A stretch of DNA of 64,000 nt from Bacteroidales bacterium. GTDB lineage: Bacteria; Bacteroidota; Bacteroidia; Bacteroidales; WCHB1-69. The notes under the pieces were generated by a model that had not been told where the DNA came from, did no database searches, and saw only the letters and a program-made list of their open reading frames with translations. This document shows, in pieces, positions 50,905 through 62,390 of this stretch. Made by a program: the position numbers and the translations under genes. Where the stretch lies: contig JAZLLK010000037.1 in assembly GCA_045598105.1 (NCBI GenBank), forward strand, positions 34,264 through 98,263, read 5' to 3'. Positions within the stretch are counted from its first letter, which is position 1; the number at the start of each line of letters is the position of its first letter.

Positions 50905-52926
50905 ATGAATTTTAAATTACATGCCCCCTTTACCCCTTCAGGCGACCAGCCCGAAGCTATAAAGGCTCTGGTAAAAGGTCTGCAACAGGGTGACATGCAC
51001 CAAACACTACTCGGCGTTACCGGCTCGGGAAAAACTTTCACCATAGCTAACGTATTGGCCCAAATTAACCGCCCTGCCCTCATTCTTAGCCATAATAAAA
51101 CATTGGCAGCCCAACTTTACGCCGAATTTAAAGACTTTTTTCCCGAAAATGCCGTAGAATACTTTGTATCATATTACGACTACTACCAGCCTGAGGCCTA
51201 TATCCCTACCACCAATACCTACATTAAAAAAGACCTGGCTATTAATGAAGAAATAGACAAAATGAGGCTCAACGCCACCTCCGCCCTACTCTCAGGACGC
51301 CGTGATGTAATAGTAATATCATCAGTATCATGTATATACGGTATAGGCAACCCGGAAGAATTTGCCAAAGGAACCCAACACTTACATGTAGGGGATACCA
51401 TATCACGTAATGTATTATTGCGTAATTTGGTAGCTGCCCTCTATAGCCGCACCGAAATGAGCCTGGAAAGAGGTAAATTTCGAGTACAGGGTGATACATT
51501 AGATATATATCCCGCCTACGGGGAAATAGCCTACCGTATTATGTTTTGGGGAGACGATATAGAATCCATATCCGCCATTACCCCCACGGAAAATGCCATA
51601 GTAGAATCACTTAACGATGTTACCATATACCCTGCCAATATATTTGTTACATCTCAGGATATTATTAATCAGGCAGTAAAAGAAATTCAATACGACCTTC
51701 ATGACCGCACAGAATACTTTCACGAAATAGGTAAACATCAGGAAGCCAAACTGCTTGAAGAACGTGTAACCTACGATTTGGAAATGATTAAAGAATTGGG
51801 CTATTGCTCCGGTATAGAAAACTATTCCCGATATTTTGACCGCCGCAAACCTAATACCCGCCCTTTCTGCCTGCTAGACTATTTTCCTAAAGATTTCATT
51901 ACGGTAATAGACGAAAGCCACGTTACCGTGCCTCAAATAGGCGGCATGTATGGAGGCGACCGTTCCCGAAAAATGAATTTGGTAGAATATGGCTACCGCC
52001 TGCCATCAGCATTGGATAACCGTCCCCTTAAATTTGATGAATTTGAACAACTTACCCATCAATGCATATACATATCGGCTACCCCTGCAAACTGGGAGCT
52101 GGAACAAAGCAACGGCATAATAGTAGAACAGGTAGTACGTCCTACAGGACTGCTTGACCCCGTAATAGAAGTGCGTCCCTGTACCCATCAGGTGGACGAC
52201 CTGCTGGAAGAAATAGACAAAACAGTAAGCCAAAATGAACGTGTATTGGTTACCACCCTCACCAAAAGAATGGCGGAAGACCTGTGCCAATACCTCATCC
52301 GTATGGACGTACGTACCCAATACATCCACTCCGACATAGATACCATGGACCGCGTGGAAATATTACAACAACTGCGTGACGGTGCCATTGATGTACTGGT
52401 GGGCGTAAACCTGCTACGTGAAGGCCTTGACCTTCCTGAAGTATCACTCGTAGCCATACTCGACGCCGATAAAGAAGGCTTCCTCCGCTCCGAACGCTCC
52501 CTTACACAAACAGCAGGCCGCGCCGCCCGTAACGCTAACGGCCGCGTAATATTCTATGCCGATAAAATAACCAAATCTATGAAGGCAACTATGGATACCA
52601 CGGCCAAACGTCGTAAAAAACAAATGGCATACAATGAATTACACCATATAGTGCCCAAAACAGTACAACGAAACCGCTCCACCACCGTGTTCACCACCGC
52701 CATAGAAGAAAAAATAATCAACGCAAACAAAGAATGGGAAGAAAAATCTAAACAAAAACTTGAAATAGATGCAACTATTAATCTTAATACCAATGATATA
52801 AACAAACTTATAAATGCTAAAACCAAAGCCATGGAAAACGCAGCCAAAGAACTTGATTTTATACTGGCCGCACAATTAAGAGACGAAATATCCCTTCTGA
52901 AAAAACAAAAAAAGCAACAAATTTAA
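50905..52926 (+). CDS. uvrB: Excinuclease ABC subunit B
   Basis: GVTGSGKT, YYDYYQPEAY, LLREGLD, C-terminal UVR domain. Confidence 0.98.
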   Translation: MNFKLHAPFTPSGDQPEAIKALVKGLQQGDMHQTLLGVTGSGKTFTIANVLAQINRPALILSHNKTLAAQLYAEFKDFFPENAVEYFVSYYDYYQPEAYIPTTNTYIKKDLAINEEIDKMRLNATSALLSGRRDVIVISSVSCIYGIGNPEEFAKGTQHLHVGDTISRNVLLRNLVAALYSRTEMSLERGKFRVQGDTLDIYPAYGEIAYRIMFWGDDIESISAITPTENAIVESLNDVTIYPANIFVTSQDIINQAVKEIQYDLHDRTEYFHEIGKHQEAKLLEERVTYDLEMIKELGYCSGIENYSRYFDRRKPNTRPFCLLDYFPKDFITVIDESHVTVPQIGGMYGGDRSRKMNLVEYGYRLPSALDNRPLKFDEFEQLTHQCIYISATPANWELEQSNGIIVEQVVRPTGLLDPVIEVRPCTHQVDDLLEEIDKTVSQNERVLVTTLTKRMAEDLCQYLIRMDVRTQYIHSDIDTMDRVEILQQLRDGAIDVLVGVNLLREGLDLPEVSLVAILDADKEGFLRSERSLTQTAGRAARNANGRVIFYADKITKSMKATMDTTAKRRKKQMAYNELHHIVPKTVQRNRSTTVFTTAIEEKIINANKEWEEKSKQKLEIDATINLNTNDINKLINAKTKAMENAAKELDFILAAQLRDEISLLKKQKKQQI

Positions 52927-52960
52927 TTGTTGCCTATATATGGGTAACCTTAAAATGTGA

Positions 52961-54400
52961 TTAAGAATTTCTTAATACCTTATCTATTGCATCTAACTGC
53001 TCTTTGAATTTTTTATCAGTCTCCTTTAAGTTATCTATAGTTCTACATGCATGCAATACCGTAGCATGATCCTTTTTACCACATTGCGTTCCTATTAAGG
53101 CCAACGATAAATCAGTGTACTTTTTGGCAAAAAACATAGATACCTGCCTCACCTGCACCACATCACGCTTACGCGATGAGGAAAACATTTCACTCACAGG
53201 TATATTAAAATAATCACATACTACCTTTTGTATGTAATCTATAGATATTTCGTGCGCCGTATTACGCACAAATTTATCTATCATCTGCTTAGCCAACTCC
53301 ACTGTTATTTTCTTCTTGTTCAGCGACGACTGCGCCAATATGGATATAATAGCACCCTCTATTTCCCTTATATTGGTAACTATTCTACATGATAAATATT
53401 CTATAACCTCCTCCGGTATGCTATCTATACCACTGTTATATAATTTATTGCGTATTATACGCATACGGGTTTCCTTGTCCGGAGCCTGCAAATCAGCCGA
53501 CAATCCCCACTTAAAACGGGACAACAATCTTTGCTCAAAACCTAATATCTCCGCAGGCGACTTGTCTGCAGTAATAATAATTTGACGATGCTTTTGATGA
53601 AAATAATTAAATATATGAAAAAATACTTCCTGCGTTTTCTCCTTGCCGGCCAAAAACTGTATGTCATCTATAATGAGCATGTCTAACATTTGGTAAAAAT
53701 GAACAAAGTCATTAATATTATTACCTCGTGCCGCCTCCACATACTGCTGCATAAAAGTATCGGAATCAACATATAATACCGTTAAATCAGGCCGATTAAT
53801 TTTAGCCTGCAACCCTATGGCATGCGCCAAATGCGTTTTACCCAAACCTACACCGGAATATAAAAACAATGGATTAAATGCCGTATTACCGGGATTCTCG
53901 GCTATGGCATAGCCGGCAGCACGAGCCAATCGGTTACACTCGCCTTCTATAAAATTGTCAAAATTTAAGTCCTTATTCAATTGGGACTGTATGTTCATCT
54001 TCTTTAAACCCGGTAACACAAAAGGATTAGGTATCTCCTTTTGCGACGTGTTCTCATCTATGCTGATGTTAATATTGCGGCTCTGCGACTCCAAATTACC
54101 TACACCTGATGTGGGTAACACCATGGTGTTATCATTGGTAACCAATATTTGATACTCTACCTTGCCTTCAGGACCTAATACCCTGCGTATGGCACTTTTA
54201 AGTATTTGCCAATAGTTACCTTCTATCCATTCGTAATAGTATAAACTGGGTGTTTGTATCGTAAGGACATTATTTACCAAATTAATAGCCTTAATGGGAA
54301 GAAACCATGTGTTAAAACTGTTCTCTTCTATATTATCCCTTATGATGCTTAAGCACTCATTCCATACCGATGTACAATCACGAACAAAATCGTTAGCCAT
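52961..54400 (-). CDS. dnaA: Chromosomal replication initiator DnaA
   Basis: NPLFLYSGVGLGKTHL, IDDIQFL, KDHATVLHA; promoter TATCTTTG at 54506-54513 (minus strand). Confidence 0.98.
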   Translation of the reverse strand: MANDFVRDCTSVWNECLSIIRDNIEENSFNTWFLPIKAINLVNNVLTIQTPSLYYYEWIEGNYWQILKSAIRRVLGPEGKVEYQILVTNDNTMVLPTSGVGNLESQSRNINISIDENTSQKEIPNPFVLPGLKKMNIQSQLNKDLNFDNFIEGECNRLARAAGYAIAENPGNTAFNPLFLYSGVGLGKTHLAHAIGLQAKINRPDLTVLYVDSDTFMQQYVEAARGNNINDFVHFYQMLDMLIIDDIQFLAGKEKTQEVFFHIFNYFHQKHRQIIITADKSPAEILGFEQRLLSRFKWGLSADLQAPDKETRMRIIRNKLYNSGIDSIPEEVIEYLSCRIVTNIREIEGAIISILAQSSLNKKKITVELAKQMIDKFVRNTAHEISIDYIQKVVCDYFNIPVSEMFSSSRKRDVVQVRQVSMFFAKKYTDLSLALIGTQCGKKDHATVLHACRTIDNLKETDKKFKEQLDAIDKVLRNS

Positions 54401-54738
54401 TATATTCCATTTTTTGCGTTTTATTCACTATAGTAAAAAACAAAAATAATACCCCACTATTTTTCAAATATTTAGCATTCTCTTTTTGCCTTCACTTTCA
54501 AACTGCAAAGATAGGTAAAAAAAAGTTTAGAAAAAAATATTTTTACACCATATTTTTAAAAATAAAAATGTATAATGTTTAAGTTGATTATTATCATAGT
54601 ACTGTAAATAAGCTAAATACACATTTTGCTATATAAACTATTAACAAAAACTATTTGGGCACGGCTCATTTTCACTTTTCATGATATTGTTAATATATTA
54701 TACCGCAAGCCTGTAAAAAAAAATGGTATTTTTGCAAT

Positions 54739-56067
54739 ATGAAACAACAGTTTGAAACATATATACACACCCGTCATTTGCTCACACCTCAGTCTCATGT
54801 GCTTTTGGCCATAAGCGGTGGCGCCGATTCTATGGTAATGCTACACCTGTTTGAACAACTGAACTACCCCATAGCCATAGCCCATTGTAATTTTCAACTA
54901 AGAGGCAATGACGCCTTACGTGATGAAGAATTTGTACTGCAATATGCACACACACACCATATACCTATACATAATATAAGATTTAATACCACCGAGTATT
55001 GCCAACAACATAATATTTCTATAGAAATGGGCGCACGCCAACTGCGATACGAATGGTTTGACCTACTTATACATCAATATCATTACACCTGCCTGGCTAC
55101 CGCCCACCACATGGACGACTCCCTGGAAACCTTCTTCCTAAATGCCATACGCAAAACAGGCATTAGCGGCCTGCACGGTATACTGCCCCAATCCGGCTAC
55201 ATTATTCGCCCCATGCTGTTTTGTACCAAAAAAGATATACTCCAATATGCACATACACACCATCTTAACTATATGGAAGACTATACCAATAACGAAGACG
55301 ATGTACAACGAAACTTCATCCGCCTGCATATTATACCCCTGTTTGAACAACTCCGACCCGACTTTAAACCTAACCTGAACGCCACCACCCGTATATTACA
55401 TGAACAGGAACTTATATATAACCAACATATTAACAGCATAAAACAACGCATCATACACCAACAGGGCGACAATTACATTATCCCTATAGCCGACCTTACC
55501 TCACTACACCCCACCACTACCTACGTGTACGAATGCATACGCTCCTATGGCTTTAATTATAGCCAGGCCGAAAATATTACCCGCTCTTTACCACTGAACG
55601 AAGAAAAGACTTTCGCCTCTACAACATTTATCCTTACCAAAACACGCACACAACTCCTTATTCAACCATTATCCACTTTACTATCACCCAATTATATCAC
55701 CACTCCCATAACTGACATATCGGCTTTACAGGCCATGGGCATACAAGCGGAATTGGTTCCCCATACACCCGATTTTACATTCGAAAACAATAAAAATACA
55801 GCTTATTTTGATTACGATCAAATACAATTTCCCCTCGCCATACGCTCATGGCAACAGGGTGATTACTTTTACCCCATACACGGAAAAGGAAAAAAGAAAA
55901 TAAGCGACTTTTTTACCAATATTAAACTGAATAACAGCCAAAAACATCAAGCCCGACTGCTACTCCATGCCAATAATGACATATTGTGGATAATAGGCTA
56001 TCGCAGCGATAACCGCTATGCGGTTACCGCCCATACACACACCATATTAATACTGCGTATATTATAA
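54739..56067 (+). CDS. tilS: tRNA(Ile)-lysidine synthase
   Basis: AISGGADS, ARQLRY, AHHMDD, RNFIR. Confidence 0.95.
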   Translation: MKQQFETYIHTRHLLTPQSHVLLAISGGADSMVMLHLFEQLNYPIAIAHCNFQLRGNDALRDEEFVLQYAHTHHIPIHNIRFNTTEYCQQHNISIEMGARQLRYEWFDLLIHQYHYTCLATAHHMDDSLETFFLNAIRKTGISGLHGILPQSGYIIRPMLFCTKKDILQYAHTHHLNYMEDYTNNEDDVQRNFIRLHIIPLFEQLRPDFKPNLNATTRILHEQELIYNQHINSIKQRIIHQQGDNYIIPIADLTSLHPTTTYVYECIRSYGFNYSQAENITRSLPLNEEKTFASTTFILTKTRTQLLIQPLSTLLSPNYITTPITDISALQAMGIQAELVPHTPDFTFENNKNTAYFDYDQIQFPLAIRSWQQGDYFYPIHGKGKKKISDFFTNIKLNNSQKHQARLLLHANNDILWIIGYRSDNRYAVTAHTHTILILRIL

Positions 56068-56478
56068 TTTATCTATACTATAATTGAATCGGGATTGAAA
56101 ATTTTTCCTGAATAATGACAATACGACATAATATACAGCCAATACCCCTAACGCTATGAGTGCCTGACATAACTCACTGTGTACCACACATAGGCTTACG
56201 CAAAAGGCTATGAACATGAGTACTAATGGTAATACATAAGCATAAAATACCGCCCTTAAACCCACGCTCCCTTTCATGCCTACTCTCACCTGCTCTCCTA
56301 CATGGTATTGCGTAGCCTGTGCCACTAATATTACATATATCATAGGCTTGCCCTCTTTTACGGCACAGGCAGATTTATTTACACAGGCTGCACAGGCTTC
56401 ACTACGCGATATAAGTACATGCACCTCGCCCTCCTCCACCTGCGTAACCGTGGCCGTATGATATATTATTTCACTCAT
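56062..56478 (-). CDS. RseC/MucC-family protein
   Basis: ACAACVNKSAC and AYVLPL, two TM helices. Confidence 0.85.
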   Translation of the reverse strand: MSEIIYHTATVTQVEEGEVHVLISRSEACAACVNKSACAVKEGKPMIYVILVAQATQYHVGEQVRVGMKGSVGLRAVFYAYVLPLVLMFIAFCVSLCVVHSELCQALIALGVLAVYYVVLSLFRKNFQSRFNYSIDKL

Positions 56479-56479
56479 A

Positions 56480-56992
56480 CTATTTTAATATTTTATCTAA
56501 TTCCGCCTGCAACTGCGCTGCCTCCTGATACCCTGTGGAAACATGATACCCCTTTCTGTTGCAAAATATAAAAGTAGGTATACCGGTAATACCCCAATGT
56601 ATACTCAACTCCCTTAATACATCTACATTTGCCTTGTAAAAATTAATTCTATCACCATACTCCTTAGCCAAGGCCTCATATATGGGCGACATAGCAGCAC
56701 ATGGCTTGCACCATGTGGCATAAAAATCTACCACACAAGGCCTGCTACCATTATATTTCCACTTGTGTATAGCATCACGGCCCGCTACCAACCGCTCAAA
56801 CTCTTCTTCAGAGTTAATGTGAACAGGTATATGCTCTTCGCCTTCATTTACCACTACAGCCTCTTGGAATTCCGCACTATCAGCTTCTACAGCATCTTCC
56901 TGCATGGTTGATTGTGAATTTACATTACTGCAAGCTGCCATCATACAGGCTATACCTGCCACTGCTATATAACTTGTCCATTTATTCATCAT
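56480..56992 (-). CDS. Thioredoxin-domain lipoprotein
   Basis: Lipobox MAAC; VDFYATWCKPC. Confidence 0.9.
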   Translation of the reverse strand: MMNKWTSYIAVAGIACMMAACSNVNSQSTMQEDAVEADSAEFQEAVVVNEGEEHIPVHINSEEEFERLVAGRDAIHKWKYNGSRPCVVDFYATWCKPCAAMSPIYEALAKEYGDRINFYKANVDVLRELSIHWGITGIPTFIFCNRKGYHVSTGYQEAAQLQAELDKILK

Positions 56993-57350
56993 ATATATGC
57001 TATTTCTAATTTTTACATATGCAAAGGTAACATTTTTTAGAACTCGCTATACCCGTTTTACTGCAACTTTTTTTTCAACACAACCCGTTTTTACCATTAT
57101 TACAACTGTTTTCCATTGCCTGTGATAAATTGTAGAATGTTGTAATTCAATGATATATAAAATATTTTTGACATATACTGTCAAAAAAAAGACAAAAAAA
57201 AATAAAACCCGTATTTATTTTATACTATCACAAAAAAAATGCCAATACATTCATTGTTAATAACAAAAAAAAATATACCTTTGCATTTGTATATTACTCC
57301 TACATGGGTACTATTCACATATTATAAATACTTACAAACTTTAAATCATT

Positions 57351-59957
57351 ATGAACTTTAAAAAAACATATTCCGCATTGCTTGTGCTATATATATGCAC
57401 TATGCATGTACTGCAGGCACAAATTTATGACAGTTTTTCATCACCATGGGGCACAGGACCCGTGCATTGGGAAGGTGATACCCTAAGTTTTATCGTAAAT
57501 AGTAATAACCAACTGCAACTGCAAGCCGATAAAGCCGGCACCTGCTACATTTCCACCCCTTATCCCTTTGGCTATAATGCACCCATGGAATGGGAAATGG
57601 AAGTAAAAATGAGTTTTGCCCCTTCAGCCAATAATTATTGCCGCCTATACCTGCAAGCCGATACCGACATGCTCACCGATACTGCCTTAAGCGGCTACTA
57701 TTTGCTCATAGGAGAAAACGGTAGTAACGACGCCATAAAACTATACTACCAGCATCATCATACTCACACCATGCTGGCCTCAGGTACGGAGAGTGCGGTA
57801 GCATCAGCCTTTGATATACGTATACGCGTAGTTACATCAGCCTCATTTGATACCCTCAGCATATACACCGCACCCGCCGATAGGGCAAACTGGCAACATG
57901 AATGTACCATTACCGACTTTAAATTCCTTTCTCACTATTACATAGGCATGCTATGCACCTTTACGCTGTCAAATAGCACCAAATTTATATTCGATGACAT
58001 ATACCACGGTCCGCTACGCAAAGATACCCTGCCTCCCTGCCTTACTTCTTATGAATCCGAACCTCAGGATAGCATTATAACACTGCATTTTAGCGAAGCT
58101 GTGGATACCGATATGATAGACATAAACAATTTTTACTTATCACATATACAACCGGATATGTTACATTTTAATCCTCAAGCCACCGATTGCTACCTACACT
58201 TGCCCACATGCCTTCAATATAATACCAACTATACATTATATATATATAATGTACATGACCCTGCCGGCAACAGCATGCCCGATACCGTCATTAATTTGTT
58301 TTATTGCCGGCCACATGCCTTTGATATACTGCTACATGAAATTATGCCCTCACCATCGCCTTCATTGGGACTGCCCGAAACGGAATACATAGAACTATTC
58401 AATACCCGCCCCTATGCTATGTCGCTAAAAAATTGGACTTTAAAAATTGGCAACAACGTCAAACTACTTCCCGATACCATCATTCCCGCTTTTTCATACG
58501 CCATTATTACCGCCGCCAATACGGCCTCATGGTGGCAGCAATATAATCGTGTAATACCGGTATCAGGACTGCAAATAACCGATAAGGGAATGAATATTAG
58601 CTTATACGACTCTTCACTTCTCCTCATACACGCCATAGGCTACACCGAAGAATGGTACCGTGATATTATGCATAACCATGGAGGCATAGCCTTAGAAATG
58701 GCCGATTACCGACATCCCTGCGGCGAAGAAAATAACTGGGTACCATCTGCCCATGCCCATGGCGGCACCCCTGGTAGTGCTAACAGCGTAAGCTATACCA
58801 ATACCGACACCATATCACCTTACATTCACCACATAGCCGTACTTACCGATACCACCATAGCCGTATATTTTTCCGAAAAAATATGGCATGACGGCCTGAA
58901 CTTACCGGCGAACTACACCCTTTTGCCCGCAGGGCATATAACACAGGTAAACTATGAAGAAGATATTCCTCAATATATAATTCTTACTACTTATCCTTCA
59001 CTTGATTACAATATGGAATACACCCTTTTTATTAGTGATACCCTCACCGACTGTGTGGGCAATAACTTTATCATGCCTTGTTTTTGCCCCTTTACCAGAG
59101 CCTACGATGCTGATAGCAATGACGTAATAATAAATGAAATACTGTTTAATCCGACCGATAACGGCGTGGACTTTGTGGAAATATATAATACCACCAATCA
59201 CGCTATTAATATGCATCATTTACAACTGGCTACCCGCAATAAGCAGGGCGACCTTACTTCCATACACAACCTTACCTCTATAGCCCAATACCTGCCGGCC
59301 CATACCTACGCTCTGCTCTCTACCAATAGCAGTAAAGTACAGGAAGTATACTACTGTCCTCATAAAGAATACTTTATACAAATGAAGGATTTTCCCGCCT
59401 ACGCCAATGAGCAGGGAGATGTAGTACTACTGAGTAACAATAAAATAACAGATGAATTCATATATGATGCCGCTATGCATTATTCCATGCTTACCAATGT
59501 AAAAGGGGTGAGTTTGGAACGTATAAGCCCCTACGCTCCTACCTGCCAAGCTTCCAATTGGCACTCCGCAGCCGCAAGCACAGGCTATGCCACACCGGGA
59601 TACAAAAACTCGGCATTTAGCTCACCCAATACTATACAGGACGATGTAATCACACTGGAACCTGCCTTATTTTCACCCGATAACGACGGCTATCACGATA
59701 TACTGCACATACATTACGCCTTTGACCAACCCGGCTATAGGCTTAGCCTATATATATATAATGAAAACGGCATACTGCTACGCACCCTGGTAAACAATGA
59801 ACCCGTAGGTACTGCCGGATTCTATACATGGGACGGCTGCATAGAAAACGGCATTAAAGCCGGAATAGGTAACTATATAGTAGTAGCTTCCTATTGGAAT
59901 ACCGCCGGTGTGCACCGTAAAATAAGAAAAACATGTGCCTTGGCTATAAAAAAATAA
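57351..59957 (+). CDS. Lamin-tail-domain secreted protein with Ig-like repeats and probable T9SS type B CTD
   Basis: Two LTD-like starts (LLHEIM..EYIELFN; IINEILFNP..DFVEIYN), GTPG/ATPG, FSPDNDG and WDG in the C-terminus. Confidence 0.8.
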   Translation: MNFKKTYSALLVLYICTMHVLQAQIYDSFSSPWGTGPVHWEGDTLSFIVNSNNQLQLQADKAGTCYISTPYPFGYNAPMEWEMEVKMSFAPSANNYCRLYLQADTDMLTDTALSGYYLLIGENGSNDAIKLYYQHHHTHTMLASGTESAVASAFDIRIRVVTSASFDTLSIYTAPADRANWQHECTITDFKFLSHYYIGMLCTFTLSNSTKFIFDDIYHGPLRKDTLPPCLTSYESEPQDSIITLHFSEAVDTDMIDINNFYLSHIQPDMLHFNPQATDCYLHLPTCLQYNTNYTLYIYNVHDPAGNSMPDTVINLFYCRPHAFDILLHEIMPSPSPSLGLPETEYIELFNTRPYAMSLKNWTLKIGNNVKLLPDTIIPAFSYAIITAANTASWWQQYNRVIPVSGLQITDKGMNISLYDSSLLLIHAIGYTEEWYRDIMHNHGGIALEMADYRHPCGEENNWVPSAHAHGGTPGSANSVSYTNTDTISPYIHHIAVLTDTTIAVYFSEKIWHDGLNLPANYTLLPAGHITQVNYEEDIPQYIILTTYPSLDYNMEYTLFISDTLTDCVGNNFIMPCFCPFTRAYDADSNDVIINEILFNPTDNGVDFVEIYNTTNHAINMHHLQLATRNKQGDLTSIHNLTSIAQYLPAHTYALLSTNSSKVQEVYYCPHKEYFIQMKDFPAYANEQGDVVLLSNNKITDEFIYDAAMHYSMLTNVKGVSLERISPYAPTCQASNWHSAAASTGYATPGYKNSAFSSPNTIQDDVITLEPALFSPDNDGYHDILHIHYAFDQPGYRLSLYIYNENGILLRTLVNNEPVGTAGFYTWDGCIENGIKAGIGNYIVVASYWNTAGVHRKIRKTCALAIKK

Positions 59958-60059
59958 GAGTAATAAATGTTTATATATAAAAAAAAAGTATTTTTGCATA
60001 TTGGTTTATAACATACGCAAAAAATATAAATAACATAATATTAATCAAATTCAGTTAAC

Positions 60060-62243
60060 ATGAAACGTTCAATTTTTTTCAGCCTTGCCTTGGTGGGTAT
60101 ACTAAGCCTCGGCATGGCACAACCCATAGTGGGAGAAAAAGTTCCGGGGGATAATCATCCGGTGAAAACACACAAAGCCAATGGTGATTGGGATATACAG
60201 TTTTCCACTACCATGACAGGTAAAATGACCAGCCCTATAGGCGCTGCAACCGTTAATGATACCATATTTATGGGTAGCGCCGTGGCCGCTAAATTATACA
60301 AAGTAGTAAACAATGTAGCCATAGACTCGTTTACTGTTTCGGGTATTTCCGCCAGCAGTTATACCAATGCTTATTGTGTAGGCCTGGCTTATGATGGCAC
60401 CAATATGTACCTTGCCAATGGTGACAATAAAATATACAAATTAGCTGCCGATATGAAATCAGTTGCCTCCACTATTACCCTTTCCTCTTCTATACATGCA
60501 GGCTATATAGCTTATGATGCCCATGCCGATAACGGCAACGGAGGTTTCTACACCGGTATATCCTCTAACAGCATTAATCTGGTATCACTTTCAGGTACCA
60601 CATTAAAAACCATTACTATGAGTGAATTAGGATACACATGTGATGAAGGATTTTGGAGTGCAACCATGGATAATACCAACGGCTATCTTTACCTGCTGGA
60701 ACGCTATCCGCAAAATATAGTACGTATAGACCCTGCCACCAAAAAAATTAACGCTCCCATACACAATATAGCTGATGATAAATCCGCATGGAAAGACTAT
60801 TACGCTTATGGCATATATATTCAGCCGAATATATACTCCGCAGGTACCACCACTTTAGGTGTTACTTATATGGCTAAATATCACATAGGTTATGATTTTG
60901 CTACCGTAAATGCATTATCTGATGAAGGCATACATGTAGCAGGTACCAATATGGAATTATTCCACAAGGTAAATACCCCCAAAACCATATATGCCCAATT
61001 TGTAAATACAGGTAAAAATGCATTAAAATCATATATTTTCAACTATGAAGTTGATGGACAGGTGTACTCCGATACCCAATCGGGTAAAAACTATATGGAC
61101 TATTATAATGGTTTTACTCTCACTCACGCTACCACCTTCACTCCTACACAAAATGACACCAAATACAATATGAATATATGGTTATCTGATATTAATGATA
61201 CCGGTATTAATTCCGATACTTTGACTTTCACATTTGAAACCTTCAGCAATGCCGTACAACGTAACGTATTACATGAAGCTTTTTCATCAGCTACCTGCTC
61301 TCCCTGTAAATCAGGTAACGCTAATTTGAAAAAAGTACTGGATGCCAATGAACACTGGACATGTATTAAATATCAGGTAAACTGGCCGGGTAATGGTGAC
61401 CCCTACTATACCTCCGAATGCTATACACGTAGAAGCTATTATAATGTATCAAGTGTACCTCAAATGTTTTCCGATGGTAACTACTGGAATGGCAATTCGA
61501 GCAACTATACTGCCAATCTGCTCGCTACTGAAGCTGCTAAGCCCGCATTTGTGGACCTTAATGCCTCTCTCACCTATGACGGAAATAAAAAATTTAACGC
61601 CACCGTTACCATTGATCCTCTTAAATCCTATACAGGTGATAACCGTTTGTTTGTAGCCCTTGTAGAGAGCAAAACCACCAAAAATATAGCTGACGAATAC
61701 TTAAATTACTACGGTGCAGCTACTTTTTATTATAATTTTGACACCGTATTCCACCATGTAATGAAGAAATTCATGACCAGCACTACCGGTCAAAAAGTTA
61801 CCTTGAACGAAGGCGAACAGCTTAATTTGGATTTTGAATATGAATTCAAAGGGTCATATCGTTTACCGGCTGACGCTCAAAATCCTATAGATCTCACCAA
61901 AGAAAACTCCGTAGAAGACTATAATCACATCTACCTGGTATATTGGATTCAAAATTACACCACCAAAGAAGTGCTTCAATCAGGAAAAGCAGGCAAAGCT
62001 TCCGCTATCAATGAAGCTGTTGCTGCAGGTAAAGTAAGCATATATCCTAATCCTGCTCAAAACATACTAAACATAGCTTCCGCAAATGAGGTGGAAAATG
62101 TAGACATATACAATATGTTAGGCCAAAAAGTAATGAGCAGCCAATCAGCACAAGTAAACATAAGCAATTTGTCTGACGGCATGTACATAGTAAATGTACG
62201 TACCAATGTCGGTACCGTTACTTCCAAATTCGTAAAAGAATAA
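60060..62243 (+). CDS. T9SS type A cargo protein with Omp28-related domain
   Basis: EAFSSATCSPC and WPGNGDPY; C-terminal IYPNPA...GMYIV...KFVKE. Confidence 0.85.
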   Translation: MKRSIFFSLALVGILSLGMAQPIVGEKVPGDNHPVKTHKANGDWDIQFSTTMTGKMTSPIGAATVNDTIFMGSAVAAKLYKVVNNVAIDSFTVSGISASSYTNAYCVGLAYDGTNMYLANGDNKIYKLAADMKSVASTITLSSSIHAGYIAYDAHADNGNGGFYTGISSNSINLVSLSGTTLKTITMSELGYTCDEGFWSATMDNTNGYLYLLERYPQNIVRIDPATKKINAPIHNIADDKSAWKDYYAYGIYIQPNIYSAGTTTLGVTYMAKYHIGYDFATVNALSDEGIHVAGTNMELFHKVNTPKTIYAQFVNTGKNALKSYIFNYEVDGQVYSDTQSGKNYMDYYNGFTLTHATTFTPTQNDTKYNMNIWLSDINDTGINSDTLTFTFETFSNAVQRNVLHEAFSSATCSPCKSGNANLKKVLDANEHWTCIKYQVNWPGNGDPYYTSECYTRRSYYNVSSVPQMFSDGNYWNGNSSNYTANLLATEAAKPAFVDLNASLTYDGNKKFNATVTIDPLKSYTGDNRLFVALVESKTTKNIADEYLNYYGAATFYYNFDTVFHHVMKKFMTSTTGQKVTLNEGEQLNLDFEYEFKGSYRLPADAQNPIDLTKENSVEDYNHIYLVYWIQNYTTKEVLQSGKAGKASAINEAVAAGKVSIYPNPAQNILNIASANEVENVDIYNMLGQKVMSSQSAQVNISNLSDGMYIVNVRTNVGTVTSKFVKE

Positions 62244-62263
62244 TCGGGTAACACATTGCTATT

Positions 62264-62302
62264 AAAAAAAAAGAGAAAACCATAAGGTTTTCTCTTTTTT
62301 TT
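62264..62302. terminator. Bidirectional terminator
   Basis: A-run-GAGAAAACC-ATAA-GGTTTTCTC-T-run. Confidence 0.8.
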
Positions 62303-62390
62303 TATCCCCACCTCTTTATCACACTTAAGCATGAATAAATTCTTTGCACGTAACCTTATATAAATGATAAAAAAATGCTACCTTTGTAGC

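Noticed and set aside
54401-54738. oriC upstream of dnaA
   Set aside because: AT-rich but no recognisable DnaA-box cluster; explained by divergent promoters
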